Below the pieces are notes generated by a model. The model saw only the letters and a program-made list of their open reading frames with translations. It was not told the origin of the DNA and searched no databases. Positions 57,607 through 64,000 of a stretch of DNA of 64,000 nucleotides are shown here, piece by piece. The stretch lies in contig DMZH01000003.1 in assembly GCA_003484955.1 (NCBI GenBank), forward strand, positions 112,387 through 176,386, given 5' to 3'. The stretch comes from Candidatus Woesebacteria bacterium. GTDB taxonomy: Bacteria > Patescibacteriota > Microgenomatia > UBA8517. Within the stretch, counting starts at the first letter, position 1, and each line of letters opens with the position of its first letter. The position numbers were made by a program, and so were the translations under genes.

Positions 57607-60207
57607 CTAGTATAGCCCAATAATGAGCCATGTCAAGATGATCACCCCTAGAGCCAACCCTCCCCACTCGAGAACTTGGGGCCAGTAAAGTAAATAAACA
57701 GTAATAGGTGAGGCTGAATCAGATTGAACCTGCCACCCGTTGGCCCAAGAGTTGACTTTTACATGCTCCGCAACCTTTAATCTATAATCCTTGATTTCAA
57801 ATCCGATCCAACCGTTCTCATAGCCCTGACCAAGCTGCAGTAAACCTGAACCTTCAAGATTGACTTTATAGGCCCAAGTTCCGTATTTTTGTACACCATC
57901 GATCTGTAAATTATTTGAAACTGTCCCCGGCTGAGTACGCATTGCATTCAACTCGTAAAACGTTATTCCACTAACCAAATTTTCAGACTTCATCTTTCCG
58001 AACGATCGTGTTTCAACATTTAAAGTGTAGCCATATCCCAAATCCTCTGAACTTCCCGTGGGTAAAACTACGTAAGTTTTATCAAAGGAACCTTCCGGAA
58101 GAAGTTCATCCATGTAAATTTTTTCTTCTTTTACGTTATAAAGGTAAAGTCTTAAAGACCTGCCGCTAAGATTTATCCCGGAAATATGCATTGCATAGGC
58201 CTTAGAGTAATCCAAAGTCGGATAGTAAAAATAATCACAAGAAACACCGTCGCCGTCTGCGGCATAATAATTCCCTCCGTTTTGTTTTCTTTTGACAACG
58301 TTTCCTCTTTTATCAAGATTGCAGTTTTTCGCTTCTTTGTAGCCTTGATTTTCAGGAAAAGTTTCGTTTACGACTAAAGTGCCCGTTTGTCCAATTTGAT
58401 AAACCGGTTCACTGTAGTTGATTTGAGGAGCACCAATAAAATTATTGATTTCAGGAAGGTTCACCTTGTAAATTGTTATCTTACCAAAAGTTCTATCTTT
58501 TGAAATTAAACTTGAAGACTCCAAAAAGGCCTTTTGTTTTTGCAGGTCGGTGGTGGAGCTCGAATCACCCAGTTTAAATATTGATTCATCAAAAACCAGG
58601 TAACTAACCTGGTACTTACCCAAGACCCCCTCTAAATCGGATACACTGCCCCAGGAGATAACGTAGTTGGCCTCGTCATAAAACTGTTCATTATAGGGAC
58701 TCCAAACATCAAATGCCCTATCAAGTACTGGTTGGGACACGCCATACCACAAAAAACCACTACCCCGGTATCCCCAATCGTTAAATTTCCAACCCCAGAA
58801 ATCCGTCAAAGGAAAATTTGCAATTCTTTTTGTAGAATCCTGTGACTTAAAATAATTTACTGTTTCCAGGTAGTAGGATGGTAAAATTACCTTCATGTTT
58901 TGGGCAATTAGTTTCCCCTGAAAAACAGGCAGTACGGTAAAGACGCTTCCTCCAATTAGCAACCCTGAAATAACCACTCCCGAGATGTATTTAAGTTTAT
59001 TTTTGATAATTCCGGAAACCACATAAACAAAAAATCCAAGTCCGGTGGCGTAAATTAAAGCAGCCGCATTTGCCCATTTTGTGAACACATTTCTAAATAT
59101 TTCGGAGAAAAATGGAATCCAAGGTATGGCTCCCCCTGAAAGCATAAAGTATGAAATTCCCAAAAGAACAATAAACGAAACTCCGAAAGCATTTTTGGAT
59201 TTAAATAAAATTATAGCCAAGCCCACGGCCGAAACAACAAATAAAGCAATGGAGATTTTATCAACGTTCAAGTTTTGACCGTAAGAAATCCAGTCCTTGT
59301 ACAAATAATCGTATTCACCCGATAAATCCCAATCATAGTAATCAAACCAATACCCTTTTAAAGTTGCTATGTCGGAAAAACTTGATCTTGCCTGGTTCAT
59401 CAACTGTGTTTCGGGAGTGGCAATTGAGTTAATATGCGATCCCACAGAAATTTGCGGACTTGTAACGGTAAAGTAAAGTGCCGGGGCAAGCCAAAAGGCA
59501 TTTATAAAAATCGTAACCAGAGCCAATTTTATCGACCGCGAAATCCCCGCTTTCCCATTCCTGATTATTCCCTCAAGGGCAAAAATCAGAAGAAAAATCG
59601 CGTAAACAATAAACATTGTTTGGACATAAAAAGCACCGGTAGCAAGGAGTGAGATAGCGGAAAAAATAACAAGGTCACGCTTCCTTCCGTTTTTTAGGAA
59701 AAGGGTTGCAAAGAAAAGTAACCAAGGGAAAAAACCATAAAAGCAAATAAATGTTTCGAAAGGAGTAAAAAAGGTCTGAACTGTGGCTAAATTAAAGATG
59801 TAGAAAATTGCAGAAACAAAGCCTGAAAGGTTTGCCAAAAACCTATTCTTTTTTCCGATTAAACCTCTGGATACCAAAAAATATACACCCAGAGGGCCAA
59901 CCAAAAACATTAAAAACGTCCAGAAATATCTCAAAAAAGACGTCGGCAAAATTAGCGACGCCACCCCCAAAATCAGTTGTCTGGGCAAGTCCGCCGCATG
60001 TGCCATTCCACCAAGGAGTCCAAGCCCCTGATATTCCTGCCAGACTGCTGACAAGGATCTGGTAATGTTAAGTTTTAAATTAAGCTCCGGCACCAGGTTG
60101 TCCCAACCCAAAAGCCAGGTACCCGGCGTGTAGTTTCGGAAAGCGATAAAAAGGGTCAACCCAAGGATAAGAAGCGGAAAAAACCAATTCTTAAAAAGCT
60201 TGCGCAT
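57607..60207 (-). CDS. Large polytopic membrane protein, YfhO-like (putative surface-polymer glycosyl-transfer/assembly protein).
   Basis: 866 aa with 12 or more N-terminal TM helices, a large extracytoplasmic C-terminal region and a terminal TM. The topology resembles the YfhO family. This is from recollection. Confidence 0.4.
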   Translation of the reverse strand: MRKLFKNWFFPLLILGLTLFIAFRNYTPGTWLLGWDNLVPELNLKLNITRSLSAVWQEYQGLGLLGGMAHAADLPRQLILGVASLILPTSFLRYFWTFLMFLVGPLGVYFLVSRGLIGKKNRFLANLSGFVSAIFYIFNLATVQTFFTPFETFICFYGFFPWLLFFATLFLKNGRKRDLVIFSAISLLATGAFYVQTMFIVYAIFLLIFALEGIIRNGKAGISRSIKLALVTIFINAFWLAPALYFTVTSPQISVGSHINSIATPETQLMNQARSSFSDIATLKGYWFDYYDWDLSGEYDYLYKDWISYGQNLNVDKISIALFVVSAVGLAIILFKSKNAFGVSFIVLLGISYFMLSGGAIPWIPFFSEIFRNVFTKWANAAALIYATGLGFFVYVVSGIIKNKLKYISGVVISGLLIGGSVFTVLPVFQGKLIAQNMKVILPSYYLETVNYFKSQDSTKRIANFPLTDFWGWKFNDWGYRGSGFLWYGVSQPVLDRAFDVWSPYNEQFYDEANYVISWGSVSDLEGVLGKYQVSYLVFDESIFKLGDSSSTTDLQKQKAFLESSSLISKDRTFGKITIYKVNLPEINNFIGAPQINYSEPVYQIGQTGTLVVNETFPENQGYKEAKNCNLDKRGNVVKRKQNGGNYYAADGDGVSCDYFYYPTLDYSKAYAMHISGINLSGRSLRLYLYNVKEEKIYMDELLPEGSFDKTYVVLPTGSSEDLGYGYTLNVETRSFGKMKSENLVSGITFYELNAMRTQPGTVSNNLQIDGVQKYGTWAYKVNLEGSGLLQLGQGYENGWIGFEIKDYRLKVAEHVKVNSWANGWQVQSDSASPITVYLLYWPQVLEWGGLALGVIILTWLIIGLY

Positions 60208-61450
60208 AACTAAGTTTAGGATTGATTGAGGTTTCTGGCAAGCTTTCTGCTAAATACATTGCTGCTGCGTTCTTCCAGGATCTTCCCTGAACTTGAGGCG
60301 ACATTGTCGCATTAAAGGCTAAATTTTTTCTCAAAGAATAGCGAAAATTTTTGTAGTTCAATAAAAAGGTTCTACCCTCTGCTTCGTTTTTACTAATATT
60401 TTCCGAAAAAGCTTTTGAGACCAGATAGGGTTTGTCATATCCAAGACATAATGAGAAAGCTCCTGAGGCAGACATCTTTGTTCTGTATGGAAAAACAAAC
60501 AGATCCGCAGCGGCAAAAACTTTCCTCACATCATTTTCCGGTACAAAACCCGTACAAATGATGTTTCCATTCGCCTCTTTTATTACTTTTTGAAGCTTCC
60601 TGTGGTATTTTTGATAAGCCAAAGTTCCCTTTAAAGTCGGACTTTCCCCACCCGCTACCAGAAGTCTTACATTCGAAGTTGGGTTCTCTCTTGCAAATTT
60701 GGCAAAATTTTCAATTAGCCAATCAGTACCTTTGTACCAGGAACAATATCCGAAAATACTCACAAGTTTAGTTCCGTGTTTTACCCCAAAATATCTCCTG
60801 GAACTTTTGGTAAAATTGCTGCTGATTTTCTTCTCCATAGTTATCCCGTGAGGAATGATTTTAACCTTTCTTTCGTCAACAAACTCTGAAATTCTTTTAG
60901 CTAAAATGTCATCGTGGACAAAAATCTTATCGGCTAAAACTCCGCATGATTTGTAAAAAACCCTAAGTAACAAGTTCAATATTTTGACTTTGATTCCATT
61001 TTTCTTAATTGCCAAGTGCCCCGAAAGAACATTTATGTTGGTTACAACCTGATGAAACATGATTTTTGTGCTTTTACCCATAATCCTAAAGGATAAAATA
61101 AGTGCCATAATCTGTGGAATAATAATTTTTCCCCCAAAAATACTAAACTCAAACTGGATCATAATATTGCTAATTGCATCAAAATCGAGGGTTTTTTGTA
61201 AAATATTTTTAAAAAATACAGGCGAATCTAGCCTGTATGTAGGCATAACAAGAATATTGGGAGCTTCCAAATATGGCTTTTTAAATTTCCCAATTTCACA
61301 AAAAACTACAATCTTTTGAGTTTTGGGGAAATTCTTTGTAAGAAGATAGGTGTATCTGGAAATTGCATTTCCACTGGCGACCTCCCCGCCATGAGCGGGG
61401 TATGACGAAATAATCCCAAGTGTGTTGGGCGAATTAAAAGATTTATACAT
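60191..61450 (-). CDS. Glycosyltransferase, family 1/GT4-like.
   Basis: C-terminal GT-B motif region (RLLVAGG...GFVPENDVRKVFAAADLFVFPY). Overlaps the YfhO-like gene by 17 bp. Confidence 0.55.
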   Translation of the reverse strand: MYKSFNSPNTLGIISSYPAHGGEVASGNAISRYTYLLTKNFPKTQKIVVFCEIGKFKKPYLEAPNILVMPTYRLDSPVFFKNILQKTLDFDAISNIMIQFEFSIFGGKIIIPQIMALILSFRIMGKSTKIMFHQVVTNINVLSGHLAIKKNGIKVKILNLLLRVFYKSCGVLADKIFVHDDILAKRISEFVDERKVKIIPHGITMEKKISSNFTKSSRRYFGVKHGTKLVSIFGYCSWYKGTDWLIENFAKFARENPTSNVRLLVAGGESPTLKGTLAYQKYHRKLQKVIKEANGNIICTGFVPENDVRKVFAAADLFVFPYRTKMSASGAFSLCLGYDKPYLVSKAFSENISKNEAEGRTFLLNYKNFRYSLRKNLAFNATMSPQVQGRSWKNAAAMYLAESLPETSINPKLSYAQAF

Positions 61451-61567
61451 TTAAATGATTGATAAATCCCAAAAATATTAACTTTGGGGACTTAAAAAAT
61501 CTGGCAAGCTCTTGCTTTGATAACCCGAAGGTTAAAAAAGTAGTGTGCTTGCCGATTGTAATCGAGG

Positions 61568-62587
61568 CTATTGCTTGGCAACCCAGGCATCAATTTGAGC
61601 CTGATTCCAGGTAGCAGGCATAAGCCAGGCTTCGATCACCTTAAAGGTGACGTTATCCTTAGCATCCTGCCATTTAGCCCAAGATCCATCGATCTTGGCT
61701 GCAGTCCAACACTTCTCGGCGCCAATAGAAGCGTCGAAAGTTTTATTACCGGAATCGTAAATTCCAGTAACATTGATCCGCGACGGATCAGTAAAATTGC
61801 AGTTGTTTGGCAAGACCGCGCCAACCTTGTCACCAGACTTAAACTCAAGCATATTGCCCGAGCTCAGATGAACGAAGATCGGCCAGTCATAACCGTTTTG
61901 CTGCATATTCTGACGCTTGGCGTCAACGAACTCTCCAGCAATAGGCGCTTTTGCGGTTGAGAAATCTTCCATATTCCAGTTGCTTGGGTATGCCCATGCA
62001 CTGAATTCTTTCGCGCGGAAGACCCCATCGGCATCTAAATATAGCTTATCGCCGGGTATTAAAATCCAGATGTGATGCTCTTGATTAAGAATCTTGCGAC
62101 CCTCGACAAGCACCGGGCATCCGGAAAGGTCTACGTCGGCTTTCAACTCCGGATGAGTTACATCACCGGCGACGCGCGACGCGTGACTGGGATCGAATTC
62201 CCAATCGGTTCCTGTTAACTGCTTAACCGTAAGCTGCACGCCGAAGCGGGCATTCTCGGGAAAGCTGTCCAGGATACAAGTTGCAGCGACTACTGATACA
62301 GATGTTCCCGCAGTTGCAGGAACAGGTTGTACTGCTGACTGAGCCTGGGCAATTTGATTCGCCACAGCCTTGTCGACAACCGCTTTGAAAGCGGGATCGG
62401 CCGGATCCATTGCTGGACCAGTGTCACCCTTTGGGCCTTGCGGACCAGCCACTGCTGCCTGGTTTTTAATTTCAGAAAGCGTGCTCATCGCATTCGCGAT
62501 CTGAGGACCGGGCCACACAAACCATACAAACGCAAACACTGCCAATACAACTATTACAGACAAGATTAACCACAAAATTTTTTTCAT
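61568..62587 (-). CDS. Hypothetical N-terminally anchored or secreted protein.
   Basis: N-terminal TM/signal and a short collagen-like GPQGPKGDTGP stretch. Otherwise no motif. Confidence 0.35.
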   Translation of the reverse strand: MKKILWLILSVIVVLAVFAFVWFVWPGPQIANAMSTLSEIKNQAAVAGPQGPKGDTGPAMDPADPAFKAVVDKAVANQIAQAQSAVQPVPATAGTSVSVVAATCILDSFPENARFGVQLTVKQLTGTDWEFDPSHASRVAGDVTHPELKADVDLSGCPVLVEGRKILNQEHHIWILIPGDKLYLDADGVFRAKEFSAWAYPSNWNMEDFSTAKAPIAGEFVDAKRQNMQQNGYDWPIFVHLSSGNMLEFKSGDKVGAVLPNNCNFTDPSRINVTGIYDSGNKTFDASIGAEKCWTAAKIDGSWAKWQDAKDNVTFKVIEAWLMPATWNQAQIDAWVAKQ

Positions 62588-62876
62588 TTCACACCTCCTA
62601 TGTGTGATTTTTGAAAAAATACAGATTATTCTCTGGCCAGAGAACCCGTCTAGCGACGAGGGTCTGAAAACTAATGAAGGAAAAACAAAAAACTTACGCC
62701 TTTAATTTTCAGAATCTCGCCGCCATGAATTTCTAACCAGAATTTGCCTCGATTTGTTAAAGAACCCTTCGATTCTACCCGAGGTTAAACCTCGCAAAAG
62801 AGGTTGCCCGAGTTTCGAAGATTGAAAATAGTTAGCTGTCTCGAAAAGTGTTTGCGGAACAGTTAACTACCCTCAA

Positions 62877-63113
62877 TTACTCAGTTTTTTTGAGTTTTCT
62901 TGAAAAATATGTAATAACGCCTGAGGCGCCAAGAAAACCTGAAGCAATAAGAGGAATGTTATCGGCAATACCTGTTTCAACCGGAGTGTGAACTCCACAA
63001 ACAACTCCGCCCCCGTAGGATTGGGTGCAGATGGTTTCCTGCCCCTCCGCCAAGACTTTACCCGGCAGAAAGACAAACGCTAAAGCAATTAAACCTAAAA
63101 TTAGCTTTTTCAT
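62877..63113 (-). CDS. Small (78 aa) putative sortase substrate: signal peptide, a Cys-pair core, then a motif + hydrophobic segment + basic tail.
   Basis: Start at internal Met (MKKLILGLIALAFVFLPGKVLA). C-terminal ...HTPVETG-IADNIPLIASGFLGASGVITYF-SRKLKK has the tripartite cell-wall-sorting-signal architecture with a non-LPXTG motif. Confidence 0.4.
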   Translation of the reverse strand: MKKLILGLIALAFVFLPGKVLAEGQETICTQSYGGGVVCGVHTPVETGIADNIPLIASGFLGASGVITYFSRKLKKTE

Positions 63114-63171
63114 TAGGGTTGAAGTGTATATCATAATTTCCCATTTGTCAACATTATAGGTATTCTTCATG

Positions 63172-63954
63172 TTAGGAAATGAGTCTGGCATATACAAATA
63201 TTCTCTCCGGCCCACTCAGATTGATACAGGTATAAAGGATGAGATCGGCCGAGTAGTCAGTAATTTCCTCACCATTTTCTGTTTTATAAACGCCGTATTT
63301 GTACTCCCTTTGTTGCCAATCGATCGTAATTATATCCCCCACTTTGACTTTAGGAAGATTGTAAAAAGAGTTCTTACGCCTGAATGTGTTGGTCCAGGCT
63401 AAGTATCCATATCTGTGAGCAGCCAAAATAATAGGTGCCCCCGTTTCGTCCGGTTCACCAAAATTGGAAACCCTCCAAACTCCCTTTTTAAGAGCCGCCT
63501 CATAATTGTCATAGGTTGCTTCCTCGATATCCGTATCCACCCCAATTGAAGGAATGAATATACGGTTGGTTTTGGGAAGAGCTGGGTCAAACGCCGGCAA
63601 AGGTCGCACTGTAGCACCCTGACCCTCATTGGTAAGTTCCTGGACTTCGTTTCCGGAAAGTTTATAGTTGCTGGCTCCCCAACTCCAAACAGATTTGGCT
63701 AAGGAGGCAGCACCGGGAGTGAAATAAATTGCCAAAATAGCGATTCCGATTACGGCCAAAATTTTTGCCAATTTTAAAGAAAAACGGCCGGGACGTGATA
63801 CAGTCCGACTTTCTTCAGCCACAAAAGAAGAAACCTTTTCCAAGGCTAGACCATCAAGGAAATTGATTTTCACGCTTTCTTTCAATCCACCGTCTTCGTT
63901 TGGATTGTGGTCCAGACCTGCGTTATAGACCTGATAAATGATTACTTCTGTCAT
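63172..63954 (-). CDS. Sortase-family transpeptidase.
   Basis: N-terminal TM. GAPIILAAHR (sortase His motif), LILYTC (TLxTC catalytic Cys) and conserved Arg in VYARL. Confidence 0.75.
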   Translation of the reverse strand: MTEVIIYQVYNAGLDHNPNEDGGLKESVKINFLDGLALEKVSSFVAEESRTVSRPGRFSLKLAKILAVIGIAILAIYFTPGAASLAKSVWSWGASNYKLSGNEVQELTNEGQGATVRPLPAFDPALPKTNRIFIPSIGVDTDIEEATYDNYEAALKKGVWRVSNFGEPDETGAPIILAAHRYGYLAWTNTFRRKNSFYNLPKVKVGDIITIDWQQREYKYGVYKTENGEEITDYSADLILYTCINLSGPERIFVYARLIS

Positions 63955-64000
63955 ATTGTGACAATATTATAGGCTTATTGGAGGTAAAAAACAAGTTTTC

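Overview
This 64-kb window is low-GC and gene-dense, with tightly packed and often overlapping genes. It looks like a small-genome Gram-positive-type bacterium, plausibly Patescibacteria/CPR-like, but that is inferred from gene content only. Housekeeping genes recognised from motifs: an MsbA-like ABC exporter; a mevalonate-pathway operon (uppS, idi, mvaD and two MVK-like GHMP kinases); an ECF sigma factor; a WecG/TagA glycosyltransferase; mreB; a PEGA-domain protein; tRNA-Arg(CCT), tRNA-Pro(CGG) and tRNA-Ala(CGC); ndk; an M16 peptidase; argS; a split comEC; comEA; leuS; a LysM/M23 peptidase; rho; a YfhO-like protein with a family-1 glycosyltransferase; and a sortase. Two accessory regions stand out. 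The first, at about 22.4-27.8 kb, is a cluster of five secreted or membrane-anchored surface proteins organised like a csc/WxL-type locus. The second, at about 28.8-54.7 kb, is dominated by two giant membrane-anchored, Ser/Thr/Gly/Asn-rich repetitive fibre proteins of 2314 and 2712 aa. They carry phage-tail-fibre-like repeats (GNVGIGTTSP motifs, Cys-pair 'LKW' repeats) and a peptidase-S74-like intramolecular-chaperone domain. Each fibre gene is coupled to a DNA-binding module. One carries tandem integrase-N-terminal SAM-like domains joined to the fibre by a +1 frameshift. The other follows a gene for an HTH-excisionase-type domain fused to a polytopic membrane region and a Cache sensor. Accessory genes are a Wzy_C/TPR protein and secreted beta-propeller proteins. 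The minus-strand fibre operon is bracketed by repeated TTTACAAGT motifs. No CRISPR array, rRNA, or intact prophage or transposon was found.
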